DNA of 64,000 nucleotides from Treponemataceae bacterium (GTDB lineage: Bacteria; Spirochaetota; Spirochaetia; Treponematales; Rectinemataceae). Below, one piece after another: positions 26,124-36,059 of this stretch; the first letter of the stretch is position 1, and every line of letters starts with the position of its first letter. The DNA lies in contig CAXXVZ010000004.1 of NCBI GenBank assembly GCA_963678065.2, positions 608,001-672,000 of the forward strand. Direction: 5' to 3'. The position numbers and the translations under genes are program-made. Under the pieces are notes generated by a model, which did not search any database, was not told the origin of the DNA, and saw nothing but the letters and a program-made list of their open reading frames with translations.

Positions 26124-29095
26124 CAGGATCTCGGGCCGGAGAGGGAACCTGAGTCCGCGATCGGGCGGGCGGGACCGGGAAGGAGCCCCGCGCCCTTCAG
26201 GATGGCGGGGATATCGCAGGACTCGCGCACGACTCGCGCGAGGCGGTCGAGTTCCGCGTCGAGGGAGCGGAATGCCTTCGCTCCGGAGGGTGGAAGGCCC
26301 CTGCGCGCACGCAGGGAGTCGAGGAAGTGGCCCCGGAAGGCGTCCTCATCGAAGAGGCCGTGGAGGTAGCTGCCCCAGACCGCGCCTCTCTGCCAGCCGA
26401 CGGGGGCGCCTGAAGCCTTACCTGACGGCTCACCTGAAAGTGCACCTTCAGGTGAGCCGTCAGACGCACGTAAAGACGAATCTTCAGACGAGCCTTCAGG
26501 GAGGCCGTCAGACGGGCCCTGACGCGGGTCGTTACGGAGCCTGAGGATCACGTCGCAATCGGCGGGGATGGAGGGTTCGGCGAGGTCCGCGACATCGGGG
26601 CCACCGGAGCCCTCCGGCCTTCGCGGGGCTTCGGTCGCATCCTCGACCCAGGTTTCGCCGTGGTGGATCTCGTAGCCGGTCACCCTTAGCCCCGAGGCAA
26701 GGTGGGTGGCCTCGACGCGTCTCAAAGTCTTGTCGCGCTCGAACGAGGTTACGACGGGGAGGAGGCCGAAGCCCGCGGTCTCATCGGCCATGGACTCGAC
26801 GTGGCCGGGATCGAGTATCCTCGCGCCGAGCATCTGGAGGCCTCCGCAGATGCCGACGATGGCTGTGCCCGCCGCGGCGAGGCGTCTCAGCTCGGGCTCG
26901 ACTCCGCGCTCACGCAGGTAGGCGAGGTCGGCGACCGTCGCCTTCGTGCCCGGGATGATGACCGCGTCCCAGTCGCCCGCGGCGAGCTCTGCTCCCGTCG
27001 ATACGGCGCTCACCGAAACATCGGGCTCGGCGTCGAGGGGGTCCAGGTCGGTGAAGTTGGAGACGCGACGGAGGCGCAGGACGGCGATCTTCAGAGGGGC
27101 GCCGGACTTGTCCCCGCGCAGGAGCCTGGGCTCGTCCTCGTCGGGGAGCTCGAGGTCGCGTATGTAGGGCACGCAGCCGAGGACAGGTTTGCCGGTAGCC
27201 TTCCGGGTGAGGTCGAAGGCGTCGCCGAGAAGGGCCTGGTCGCCCCGGAATTTGTTGACGATGAAGCCGGCGAGGATGTCTTTTTCGGCGGGCGAGAAGG
27301 TCGCGACGTGACCGATGAAGGAGGCGAAGACCCCTCCCCTGTCGATGTCGCCGACGAGGAGGACACTGGCCTTCGCATGGAAGGCCGCGCGCATGTTGAC
27401 GAAATCGCGGCTTTTCAGGTTGATCTCGCCCGGACTGCCCGCTCCCTCGAGAACGATGACCTCGTGCTCGGCGGCGAGAGAATCGTAGGCCGCGTAAGCG
27501 GTCTCGCGCATGAGTCGGCCGCGAGCATAGTAATCTTTCGCCGCGAGCTGCTCCACGGGTTTCCCCATGAGGACGACCTGGGAACTCGAATCGGTGGAGG
27601 GCTTGAGGAGAACGGGATTCATGCGCACATCGGCGGGGAGACCGCAGGCGGCGGCCTGGAGGGCCTGGGCACGGCCGATCTCGAGCCCGTCGTCCGTCAC
27701 CGCGGAGTTGAGGGACATGTTCTGGGCCTTGTAGGGCGCGACGTCGTAGCCCTCGTCGCGGAGGATGCGGCAGAAGGCGGCGGCGATGAGGCTCTTGCCC
27801 GCGCTCGAGGAACAGCCCTGGATCATGAGGGCTTTCGCGCGCCGGGGCGCGGCCGGAGCCGGGGCGGCAGTGGCCGCGGGCGAGCCTGGCCCGGGGGCTT
27901 CGGCTGAAGTGCAGGAGGCAGTTTGATCCGGGGCTTCGGCCGGGGTCGCCGCCGCGGCTTCCAGAACCTCGCGCAAGGCTCCCGCGACGACGTCGTTCTC
28001 TTCGGGCCTCCGCAGGCCGATCCTGATGTGCCTCGCGTCGAGGCCGGGATAGTTCGAGCAGTCGCGGACCCCGATTCCCATGTGGGCGAGCAGGCCGGCG
28101 AGGGTCGGAGCCTCCGGCCCCGACTCGATCCTGCAGAGGAAGAAGTTCGCGTCGGAGGGGAATACGGTAAGACCAGGGATGGCGCAGAGAAGCTCGCGCA
28201 CGCGCCTCCGCTCGTAGTCCACGAGGTGGCGGGAGCGCAGCGACCTCGTGCCCGGATCGGCGAAGGCGCGCAGGCCGAATCGCAGGGCGAGGCAGGAGAC
28301 GGGCCAGGAGGGAAGCGCCTCGCGGACTGCCGCCGCCACCTCGGGCGCCGCGACGAGGTAGCCGAGCCTTATGCCGGGCACGGCCCAGAACTTCGTCATG
28401 GAGCGCAGAACAATGACATTGGGCCTGAGGCGGGCGACGCTGGAGGCCCCCCTGCCCGCGGCGCGGCCTTCCGGAGCGTCGAGAAAGTCGACGAAGGCCT
28501 CGTCGACCACGATCCAGACGGCGGGGTTGGAGTCGGCCACTGTTGCGACTTCCTCCACGGAGAGAGCCAGTCCGGTGGGATTGTTGGGCCTCCCGAGCCA
28601 GAGCGAGGAGCCGGGGGCGAGCTTCGCGACGAGGTTGGTCAGGATGTCCGGCTCGAAGCGGTAGCCATTCTCGCGGCGGAGGAAAAGGGAGCCCGCCATG
28701 AAGCCCGCCGACTCGAGGGCCTCGCGGTAGCTCGCGTAGGAGGGTTCGACGATGACGGCCTTGGCCTCGTTCTCCGGCGAGGAGCCGGGATTGCGGGCGA
28801 AAGTGGAGCGTTTCAGTGTCTGTGCGAGGGCGTAGAATATCTCGTCGGCGCCGTTTCCGAAGACGAAGCATTCGGGCGGGATATCGAGGGCTCGGGAAGC
28901 CGCATCGCGAAGTTCCCGATACTCGGGGTCGGGGTAGTGTCCCGCGTCGCGCTTGACTTCCTCCCAGATGCCGTCGAGCCACTCGGGGGGACCGAGGGGG
29001 TTGAGGTTGGCGCTCGCGTCGACGATGCGGGAAGGGTCGAGTCCGGAAGCCCGGACGAGGGCGTCGACATTCCCTCCGTGGAGAGTTCGGGACAT
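26123..29095 (-). CDS. cobQ: Fusion of L-threonine-phosphate decarboxylase (CobD) and cobyric acid synthase (CobQ/CbiP)
   Basis: N-terminal HGGN, PNNPTG, VDEAF, RSMTKFW.VPG.RLG; C-terminal SSAGKS, KAQNMSLNS, EGAGSP, GICGGLQMLG, YLHGLF. Confidence 0.92.
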   Translation of the reverse strand: MSRTLHGGNVDALVRASGLDPSRIVDASANLNPLGPPEWLDGIWEEVKRDAGHYPDPEYRELRDAASRALDIPPECFVFGNGADEIFYALAQTLKRSTFARNPGSSPENEAKAVIVEPSYASYREALESAGFMAGSLFLRRENGYRFEPDILTNLVAKLAPGSSLWLGRPNNPTGLALSVEEVATVADSNPAVWIVVDEAFVDFLDAPEGRAAGRGASSVARLRPNVIVLRSMTKFWAVPGIRLGYLVAAPEVAAAVREALPSWPVSCLALRFGLRAFADPGTRSLRSRHLVDYERRRVRELLCAIPGLTVFPSDANFFLCRIESGPEAPTLAGLLAHMGIGVRDCSNYPGLDARHIRIGLRRPEENDVVAGALREVLEAAAATPAEAPDQTASCTSAEAPGPGSPAATAAPAPAAPRRAKALMIQGCSSSAGKSLIAAAFCRILRDEGYDVAPYKAQNMSLNSAVTDDGLEIGRAQALQAAACGLPADVRMNPVLLKPSTDSSSQVVLMGKPVEQLAAKDYYARGRLMRETAYAAYDSLAAEHEVIVLEGAGSPGEINLKSRDFVNMRAAFHAKASVLLVGDIDRGGVFASFIGHVATFSPAEKDILAGFIVNKFRGDQALLGDAFDLTRKATGKPVLGCVPYIRDLELPDEDEPRLLRGDKSGAPLKIAVLRLRRVSNFTDLDPLDAEPDVSVSAVSTGAELAAGDWDAVIIPGTKATVADLAYLRERGVEPELRRLAAAGTAIVGICGGLQMLGARILDPGHVESMADETAGFGLLPVVTSFERDKTLRRVEATHLASGLRVTGYEIHHGETWVEDATEAPRRPEGSGGPDVADLAEPSIPADCDVILRLRNDPRQGPSDGLPEGSSEDSSLRASDGSPEGALSGEPSGKASGAPVGWQRGAVWGSYLHGLFDEDAFRGHFLDSLRARRGLPPSGAKAFRSLDAELDRLARVVRESCDIPAILKGAGLLPGPARPIADSGSLSGPRS

Positions 29096-29104
29096 GATTC
29101 GCTC

Positions 29105-30028
29105 CTACAGAACTCCGAGTATGGCGAGGGCGCAGGCCAGATGGCCCAGGCTGCCGAGACAGACGGCCGCGCCCAGGGCGTCGCCCGTGTAGCCGCCGAG
29201 CTTTCGGCCGTAGGAGGCAAGCATGGGCAGGAGACCCGCGGCGACCCCGCAGACGAAGCCCACGCCGGTAGCGGTCAGCGATCGCCCGACGGCCGGGAAC
29301 CGCGCGATGATACCTGTAGCTTCGGCCGAAACGGCGGGAGCGGCTCCGGCCGCGGCGCGCGCCTCCCCCAAGAATAGCGCGGAAAGCCAGGCGATGGCGA
29401 GGCATATCGCGGCGGAAAGAGCGAGGCCGGTCCAGGCCGCGCGCTTCGAGTAGGGCTGGAGCATGGCCCCGAGGCCGCCGGGCCGGGCCGGGGCGAGGAA
29501 AACCGGAACGAGGGCCGAGGCTGCCCTGCCCGCCACCGGAGCCGCGAGGACGGCCGGGGCGAGAAAGAGCGGCAAGGCGCTCGCCCGCGCAGCGCAGTAC
29601 CAGAGGGCGCCAAGGTAGGCGACACCCGCGAAGAGGCCGAAGGAGCCGACGCGCGGGTCTTTGAGTATCTCGAGCCGCCTCTCGCGGCTGCCCCCACCCA
29701 TGAAGGCGTCGGCCGAGTCGAGGAGGCCGTCGAGATGGAAGAGGTCGAAGGCGAGGTAGAGGAAGAGAAGGGCGCAGAAGGCCCTCGCCCCGCCGGTCGC
29801 GAAGGCGAGGGATGAGAGCGCGTAGCCGCCCGCTGCCACGAGGGCGGCCGCGAAGCCGACCATCGGGAGCCAGAGTGGGACGCCCGAGAAGTCCGGCTCG
29901 CCTTTCAGCGGAACGGGAAAGCGCGAGACCAGGATGAGGGTCGACAGGGCCCTGCGCGCCGGTCCACGCCCACGCCGCGCTGAACCGTGTCCGGCCCGCG
30001 CCGGAGCGCCCTCAGTAGTTCTGCTCAT
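29105..30028 (-). CDS. cobS: Cobamide synthase CobS
   Basis: FHLDGLLDSAD, RLEILKDPRVGSFG, GGYTGDALGA. Confidence 0.9.
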   Translation of the reverse strand: MSRTTEGAPARAGHGSARRGRGPARRALSTLILVSRFPVPLKGEPDFSGVPLWLPMVGFAAALVAAGGYALSSLAFATGGARAFCALLFLYLAFDLFHLDGLLDSADAFMGGGSRERRLEILKDPRVGSFGLFAGVAYLGALWYCAARASALPLFLAPAVLAAPVAGRAASALVPVFLAPARPGGLGAMLQPYSKRAAWTGLALSAAICLAIAWLSALFLGEARAAAGAAPAVSAEATGIIARFPAVGRSLTATGVGFVCGVAAGLLPMLASYGRKLGGYTGDALGAAVCLGSLGHLACALAILGVL

Positions 30029-31091
30029 CCTCGATGCTCCTCGCCACGCCCATGGTCTCGAAGGTGGCCATCTGCGAGGCGAACTTGGCGGACAGTTCGA
30101 GCATGAATCCGCCGATGACGGCGCCCGTGCCCTCTCCGAGGCGCATCTCGAAGTTCACGATGGGCTCGAGCCCCATCGCCTTGAGTACGGGGAGGTGGCC
30201 CTTCACCTTGGACTGGTGGCCGGCGAACATGTAGGCTGCGGTCTCCGGGTCCATCATATAGGCAATCCACGCGGCGGAGGTGACAGGGAAGCCGTCTATG
30301 AGGCAGGCGATGCCCTTCCCCTTCAGACCGAGGATGAGCCCGGTCATGGTGGCGATCTCGAGGCCGCCCAGAGCCGCGAGGATCTCCTTCGGCCCGGCGA
30401 AGGGTCCGCGGTTCTTCACCGCCTCGGCGATGACCGTGAATTTCCTGGCGAGGGCGGCATCGTCGATGCCCGTGCCGCGGTCGACGATGAGTTCGGGGGC
30501 GAAGCCTCCGGCGACGAGGAGGGCGGCGGCGGCCGTCGTGTTGCCGATGCCCATGTCGCCGATGGCGACGTAGCGGTAGCCGGACAGGGCGGCGCGCTCG
30601 GCGAGCTTCCGGCCGTTCGCGAGGCAGGCCTCGAGGACTTCGGGGCTCATGGCGTTTTCGCGGGCGAAGTTCTTCGTGCCGCGGGCGGCCTTCGCGCGGA
30701 TGAGACCGGGGCTCGCGCCGAGGGGGCCCTCGCTGCCGGACTCGTGGGCGGGAAGCTCGCCGATCACGAGCTCGCCCTCGATGCCGGCGTCCACCGCGAA
30801 GACGTCGAAACCGCAGCCGCGCGCGAGGGCGTTGATGGCGGCGCCTCCCGCGAGAAAGTTGATCGCCATCTGTGCCGTGACTTCTTTCGGGAAGAGAGAG
30901 ACACCCTCCTCGGTGACGCCGTGGTCTCCCGCGATGACGAAGACGGCTTTCTTGCCGGGTTTAGGGGGAACCTGCCCCTGCACGAGGGCGAGCCTCGTGG
31001 CGAGATCTTCGAGCAGGCCGAGGCTGCCCTTGGGCTTGGTGAGGTTGTCGAGGTGGGCGCGCATCGCTGTTTCGAGCTTCGTGTCGATCAT
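30012..31091 (-). CDS. cobT: Lower-base phosphoribosyltransferase CobT
   Basis: LTKPKGSLG.LE, DHGV, GDMGIGNTT, MRLGEGTGA. Confidence 0.95.
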   Translation of the reverse strand: MIDTKLETAMRAHLDNLTKPKGSLGLLEDLATRLALVQGQVPPKPGKKAVFVIAGDHGVTEEGVSLFPKEVTAQMAINFLAGGAAINALARGCGFDVFAVDAGIEGELVIGELPAHESGSEGPLGASPGLIRAKAARGTKNFARENAMSPEVLEACLANGRKLAERAALSGYRYVAIGDMGIGNTTAAAALLVAGGFAPELIVDRGTGIDDAALARKFTVIAEAVKNRGPFAGPKEILAALGGLEIATMTGLILGLKGKGIACLIDGFPVTSAAWIAYMMDPETAAYMFAGHQSKVKGHLPVLKAMGLEPIVNFEMRLGEGTGAVIGGFMLELSAKFASQMATFETMGVARSIEDEQNY

Positions 31092-31915
31092 CGTGGTTTC
31101 CTTCCTTCTATTACTCGTTTTGGATCCGCGGCTTGATCCGCGGACATGATTTCCATGCTGGACAAGAGCCTCGCGGAGGCGAGAACTGCCTCCCAGTCGA
31201 AGAGTTCGAGTTCGACGGTTCCGGCGAAGGCCTCTAGAATGGGGAAGAGCCGCCCGAGCCAGGCCGAGCCGCCTTTCAGGGGCGCGTGATCGCGCATCGT
31301 TCCGATGGAGTCCGCGGTGCCGGACCGGACCGGGAAGCTGTCCGCCCCGCTACTGGGCGCGGCCTTGCGGACAATGTCGTGCAGGTGGACGCGCGCGAGG
31401 CGCTCCCCTGCCCAGCGCGCGAAGTCGGCGGGGTCGCGGCCTTCGATGAGGAGGTGGCCCGTGTCCATGCAGATCGGAAAGTTCGACGAGGGGATTCCCG
31501 ACTCGTCGAGCAGTTCGAATCCCCTGGCAAAATCGCCCTCATTCGTATACTCGATCGCGAAGAGCTGCCCGCGAAGGGCATCGCCCGCGACAGCGCGCAG
31601 GAAGCCCGCGAAGTCTCCCTCGTCGCCCCGCTTCGGAGGATGCACGACGAAGGCTTTCGCGAAATCTTTTGTCATATCGACGAGTTCGAGAGTCCCGGGC
31701 CCCACGCGCGAGGGCAGGTGGACGGAGAGCTCGAGCTGACTCGCGGCGCGGGCAATCGCGGGCAGTTCGGCCGCAAGTGCGGCGCGCGTTTTTGCGTCGA
31801 AGTCGAAGACGAGAAGTTCGACCCCGTTCACCGGCCGCTCCACCTGGGACAGGATGAAGTCGAGGTTTTCGCCCCAGCTGCCGGGGATGACCCAGGAAGG
31901 GCAGGCGAGCTTCAC
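31088..31915 (-). CDS. cbiR: Cobamide-remodelling phosphodiesterase CbiR-like (AP endonuclease 2 TIM barrel)
   Basis: PSWVIP, VELLVF, SVHLP, CMDTGH, VHLHD, DH, ELELF metal-site pattern; lies between cobU and cobT. Confidence 0.7.
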   Translation of the reverse strand: MKLACPSWVIPGSWGENLDFILSQVERPVNGVELLVFDFDAKTRAALAAELPAIARAASQLELSVHLPSRVGPGTLELVDMTKDFAKAFVVHPPKRGDEGDFAGFLRAVAGDALRGQLFAIEYTNEGDFARGFELLDESGIPSSNFPICMDTGHLLIEGRDPADFARWAGERLARVHLHDIVRKAAPSSGADSFPVRSGTADSIGTMRDHAPLKGGSAWLGRLFPILEAFAGTVELELFDWEAVLASARLLSSMEIMSADQAADPKRVIEGRKPR

Positions 31916-31952
31916 CGAAGGCCCGCCCGAGGCTCGGCCGGAAGGCAGGCTC

Positions 31953-32447
31953 TCACGGAAGAGAGCCCTTCACGGCGAAGGGGATGCCCGCCACCATGAG
32001 GATGACGCGGTCGCACTCGCGGGCGAGAATCTTGTTCACGCTACCGAGGTCCATGTGGTAGCGGCGCGATACGGGATCGAGGGGTATGGTGCCCATGCCG
32101 GTCTCGTTCGTCACGACGACGATGTCGCGCGGCAGCCTCCCGACGAGGCGGCCGAGAATCGCTGGCCACTCGGCCTGGCGTTCGCGATAGTAGAGATTGT
32201 TGAGCCACATCGGGATACAGTCGAGGATCTGACTCTCCCGGACAGCCAGGTCGATGTCGATGGGCTCCTCCACGGTGATGTAGCGCTCGGGGCGTTCGAG
32301 CTTGTGGAGACGGATTTTCTCCTTCATCTCGGGATCGAAGGCCTCGGCTGTCGCAAGAAAATTGAAGGTCCTGAATTCCTTTCCCGCCAGTTCGAGAGCG
32401 TAGGAACTCTTGCCGGATTTGACTCCGCCCGTGATGAGTGTCCGCAT
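31953..32447 (-). CDS. cobU: Adenosylcobinamide kinase/phosphate guanylyltransferase
   Basis: ITGGVKSGKS, TVEEP, VTNETGMG, VAGIP. Confidence 0.93.
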   Translation of the reverse strand: MRTLITGGVKSGKSSYALELAGKEFRTFNFLATAEAFDPEMKEKIRLHKLERPERYITVEEPIDIDLAVRESQILDCIPMWLNNLYYRERQAEWPAILGRLVGRLPRDIVVVTNETGMGTIPLDPVSRRYHMDLGSVNKILARECDRVILMVAGIPFAVKGSLP

Positions 32448-32450
32448 GTC

Positions 32451-33278
32451 TCAGTCTCCTTGGCCGTTTCCGGCACTATCGCCCCGGCCGCCCAGCGTCG
32501 CCATGGGCAGGACGTACCTGCCGTAGTCCTCGTGGTGCCCGAAGAGGAACTCGGTGTTGTATGCCCGCTCGAGCGTCTCGGGCACGAGGACGCGATCCGG
32601 GCTGCCCGTGACGGCGGAACCGTCCGGCATGACGAGGACGATGCTTTTCGCGTAGCGCCTCGCGAGGTTGACGTCGTGCAGGCTCACGAGGAGAGCCTTT
32701 CCGCCCGCAGAGAGATCGACGAGGCCCTCCATGAGTTCGATCTGTCGGCCGGGGTCGAGGTGGGCGCAGGGCTCGTCGAGGAGGATGGCCGGACACTCCT
32801 GGGCAAGGGCGCGAGCGATGAGAACCCGCCTCGCCTCGCCGCCCGAGAGTGTCGTGAAGGGGCGGCCTTCCATCTCCGAGAGGTCCATCGCCCGCAGGGC
32901 CGCGTCCACGGCCACCCTGTCCGCGGCGCCAAAGCTTCCGAAGGCTCCGATGCGGGAATACCGCGCCGCCGCGACGACTTCGCGGATGGTGAAGGGCCAG
33001 GCCGCCCCCCCCGTCTGGGGCACATAGGCGAGACATTTCGCCCTCTCCCTGAGAGAGAGCTTCTGGAGGGGCTTGCCACCCAGGGTGACGCAGCCCGCCA
33101 GCGGCGGAAGGAGGCCGGCGATCGTCTTGATGATGGTCGTCTTTCCGGAGCCGTTCACGCCGAGGAGAGCGACGAGCCCGCCAGAGGCCAGGTCGAAGGA
33201 AATTTTTTTCGCGACGATCCTCGATCCGTAACCCGCGTCGAGGTCGCTGACCGAGAGGACCGGAAAACCAGAGCTCAT
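32451..33278 (-). CDS. btuD: Corrinoid ABC transporter ATPase (BtuD-like)
   Basis: GVNGSGKT, LSGGE, LLDEPCAHLD; operon context. Confidence 0.82.
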   Translation of the reverse strand: MSSGFPVLSVSDLDAGYGSRIVAKKISFDLASGGLVALLGVNGSGKTTIIKTIAGLLPPLAGCVTLGGKPLQKLSLRERAKCLAYVPQTGGAAWPFTIREVVAAARYSRIGAFGSFGAADRVAVDAALRAMDLSEMEGRPFTTLSGGEARRVLIARALAQECPAILLDEPCAHLDPGRQIELMEGLVDLSAGGKALLVSLHDVNLARRYAKSIVLVMPDGSAVTGSPDRVLVPETLERAYNTEFLFGHHEDYGRYVLPMATLGGRGDSAGNGQGD

Positions 33279-34306
33279 CGGGATGCCTCCCGCTCGCGCC
33301 TCGCGATCTTCCAGAGGAAAAAAGGAGCTCCGAGGAGGGCCGTCAGCGCGCCGACAGGAACCTCGATGGGGGCGAAGAGGGTGCGCGCCGCCACGTCGGA
33401 GGCGAGAAGGAGTATGCTCCCCGTGAGGCCCGCGGCCGGCAGGAGATAGCGGTGGCCGGGGCCGACGAACTTGCGCGCGAGGTGGGGAGAGATGAGGCCG
33501 ACGAAGCCTATCGTTCCCGAGGCCGCGACGGCCGCCGAGACGGCGAGGGTCGCGAGGGCTCCGATGCCGAGCCGGGCACGGGAAGGATTGAGGCCGAGGC
33601 TGATGGCCTCCTCGTCGCCCGCCGAGAGGACGTCGAGGACGCGCGCGGAGAAGAAGAGCCCCGTGAGACCTATCAGGGTAGGAGGCAGGGCTGTCAGGAG
33701 CTCGTCCGCGCCCTTGGCGGAGAAGCCTCCGAGGAGCCAGAAGAAGACGTGGTGGAGGTCGCGGTCGTTCAGGGTCAGGACGATGGATACCAGGGCTGAA
33801 AGCATGGCCGAGAGGGCCGTTCCGGCGAGGAGGAGTCCGGTCGCGTCGCCGCGCACGCGGGAGGCCCGCGCGACGGAGTAGACGACGGCGACGGAGCCGA
33901 GTCCGCCGATGAAGGCCCCCGCCCCCACTCCGGAGAAGCCGGCGAAACTGAACTTGACCCCGAAGACCATGGCGAGGACGGCGCCGAGGGCCGCGCCGGA
34001 GGAGCCTCCGATGACGTAGGGATCGGCGAGGGGGTTGCGGAAGAGGCCCTGGAAGGCCGCGCCGGCCGCGCCGAGGACGCAGCCCACGAGGGCCGCGAGG
34101 AGGCCGCGCGAGAGGCGAAGGGAGACAATGACCGTCTCCGGGCCTTCGATGCGCCCGAAAAGGGCGGCGACAGCTCTGGAGGGCGGAAAACGCACCGCGC
34201 CTATCCCCAGAGACAGCGCGAGTATGAGGGCGAGCATCCCCGTGAGGAAGATGAGGACGGCGATGGCCTTCCCCCGCCCTCCCCTTCCGGCCGCGTCGGA
34301 TTTCAC
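33275..34306 (-). CDS. btuC: Corrinoid ABC transporter permease (BtuC/FecCD)
   Basis: QGLFRNPLADP, GFVGL..PH, GAPFF; GTG start right after the btuF stop. Confidence 0.85.
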   Translation of the reverse strand: MKSDAAGRGGRGKAIAVLIFLTGMLALILALSLGIGAVRFPPSRAVAALFGRIEGPETVIVSLRLSRGLLAALVGCVLGAAGAAFQGLFRNPLADPYVIGGSSGAALGAVLAMVFGVKFSFAGFSGVGAGAFIGGLGSVAVVYSVARASRVRGDATGLLLAGTALSAMLSALVSIVLTLNDRDLHHVFFWLLGGFSAKGADELLTALPPTLIGLTGLFFSARVLDVLSAGDEEAISLGLNPSRARLGIGALATLAVSAAVAASGTIGFVGLISPHLARKFVGPGHRYLLPAAGLTGSILLLASDVAARTLFAPIEVPVGALTALLGAPFFLWKIARREREASR

Positions 34307-34307
34307 C

Positions 34308-35207
34308 TTACTTTCCGGCCCTGAGGCCTTCGAGAGCCTTGGCCATGAGTTCGGCGGCGTCCGCGAGGCGCGGGCCGGCGCGGGACACGATGTCGCCATT
34401 GAGCAGGAAAACGCGCTTCGCCTTCACTGCCGCGAGCCCGGCCCAGCCCGGCCGCGAGCCGAGTCTCTCCATAGTGACCCTGTCGCCGTGGGTGTCGGAA
34501 CTCATGATGATATCGGGGTTGCGCTTCACGATCTCCTCGAAGCTGACGACGGGCCAGTCCTGGCTCGCGTCCGGGAAAAGGTTGCGGCCGCCGGCGATCT
34601 CGATGAGCATACCGGTGAAGGTCCTGGGTCCCGCACTCATGAGGGGGTCGTCCCAGGTTTCCCAGAAAACGGCCGGCCGCTCCGAGGCGGGAACCTTGGC
34701 CGTCCTCGCGGCGACAGCCTCGATGCGGGATTTCATTGAGGCTACCGACTTCGCCGCTACTGCGGGGTCGCCGGCGATCTCGCCTATCCGCGACAGTGTC
34801 GCGTAGATGTCCTCGAAGCCATTCAGACTGAAGACGACCGCGGCGAGTCCGGCCTTCCTGAGCTGTTCTGCCAAGGCTCCGTGGGTTTTCAGCTCGCCGA
34901 CGACAAGGTCGGGCTTGAGGGCGAGGACTGTCTCGACGCTGATCGTCTTGGCGGAGAATCCGCCGATTTTCGGTTTGCCGGCCGCCTCGGGCGGATAATT
35001 GCAGTATGTGGTGTCGCCGACGAGAAAGGAGCCCGCGCCGGCGGCGTATATGATTTCGGTCAGGGCCGGCGAGAGCGAGACCACTCGCAAAGCCTTGCCC
35101 TTCAGACGGACGGGTGTCCCGGCGCCATCGACGAAACCGATGCTCTGGGCCTGAAGCCCGAGGGCCAGGACAAAGACGGCCACCGCCGCCATTGCGATAC
35201 GTTTCAT
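34308..35207 (-). CDS. btuF: Cobalamin-binding protein
   Basis: RVVSLSPALTE, YCNYPPEA, LKPDLV, RAGPR; first gene after the B12 riboswitch. Confidence 0.88.
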   Translation of the reverse strand: MKRIAMAAVAVFVLALGLQAQSIGFVDGAGTPVRLKGKALRVVSLSPALTEIIYAAGAGSFLVGDTTYCNYPPEAAGKPKIGGFSAKTISVETVLALKPDLVVGELKTHGALAEQLRKAGLAAVVFSLNGFEDIYATLSRIGEIAGDPAVAAKSVASMKSRIEAVAARTAKVPASERPAVFWETWDDPLMSAGPRTFTGMLIEIAGGRNLFPDASQDWPVVSFEEIVKRNPDIIMSSDTHGDRVTMERLGSRPGWAGLAAVKAKRVFLLNGDIVSRAGPRLADAAELMAKALEGLRAGK

Positions 35208-35365
35208 GTTTCCTCCCTGCCTGCCGACGCCGGCGGTACATGGCCGGAGCGCCTGTCAGGTCTTCGTGGAGGAACGTTCGGACTGGACGGAATGCAGTTG
35301 CGGCTGGAGAAAAAATGCTTGCCGAAACTCGACGCCTGGACCACGAAGCGTTCCTGAATGAGTCA

Positions 35366-35550
35366 CGAACGGATCGGGTATCCTGACTCGCGAGGCATCC
35401 GGATTTTGGGCAGAGGCAGATATCGCAGGCCTCGGTCCGGCCATCCGGCCGACACGCTCACAGTTACGGGCTAGTTCCGGATTCTCACCGGATTCCCCCG
35501 AACGCCCTCCCCTCTGGTTCAACGACCCTCGGGAACAGGCATTCCGTTCG
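35366..35550 (-). ncRNA. Cobalamin riboswitch
   Basis: Minus strand has GGGAATCCGGTGAGAATCCGGAACTAGCCCGTAACTGTGA and a B12-box-like GAGTCAGGATACCCG, closed by a CGAACGGA/TCCGTTCG stem; upstream of btuF. Confidence 0.88.
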
Positions 35551-35557
35551 AATGCGG

Positions 35558-35586
35558 ACTATATCCTCTGCCGGAAGCGCCGTCAA
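35558..35586 (-). promoter_or_regulatory. sigma70 promoter of the riboswitch/btu-cob operon
   Basis: TTGACG-N17-TATAGT, ending 7 nt before the riboswitch stem. Confidence 0.75.
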
Positions 35587-35629
35587 GCGGAGCTTGACGA
35601 GTCGAGCTCCATTGATGAGTCGAGCTCCG

Positions 35630-35974
35630 CTAGCAGCAGCTCCTCTTGCTTCCCGATTTCCCGCTTTCAGCGCCGCCGCAGCCGCAGGCCGGAGCCGTGC
35701 CCCGGAGTTTTCCGTTTATGATGGCGGCGGCGCAGCCGACTCCCGCCTTGACCGAGAGCGCGCCCACGGGACAGTTGCGCGCACAGGCGCCGCACTCCAT
35801 GCACAGACCGCGGTCGAGGATCGCGGCTTTTCCCCCGCCTTTCGCGCCGGGCTGCGCAGACTGCAATCCGAAAACCGCGTGGGGACAGACCTCGACGCAG
35901 ATGCCGCAGCCGATGCAGGCCTGTGCATCCAGCGACAGGCTCGTCCCGTTCTGTATGTACCGAAAAGCTTTCAT
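35630..35974 (-). CDS. hgcB: Mercury methylation ferredoxin HgcB
   Basis: Two CxxCxxCxxxCP motifs including CMECGAC, GVGCAAA, C-terminal CC; follows hgcA. Confidence 0.93.
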   Translation of the reverse strand: MKAFRYIQNGTSLSLDAQACIGCGICVEVCPHAVFGLQSAQPGAKGGGKAAILDRGLCMECGACARNCPVGALSVKAGVGCAAAIINGKLRGTAPACGCGGAESGKSGSKRSCC

Positions 35975-36059
35975 ACGCCGTATTCCCCCTGTTTCTGGCA
36001 TTCCGATCCGAAAGTGGGTTTCATGCCCCGCAGCCCGCTGCAAGGTATGTTCATTCTTG

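Noticed and set aside
26910..29405. 831-aa alternative-frame ORF over cobD-cobQ, and similar long shadow ORFs such as 44924-46900 and 31854-33449
   Set aside because: Stop-poor frames are expected at high GC3; no protein motifs.
35594..35628. 18-bp duplication as a CRISPR remnant
   Set aside because: Only two adjacent copies, no spacers and no cas genes; no CRISPR array, tRNA or rRNA was seen anywhere in the window.
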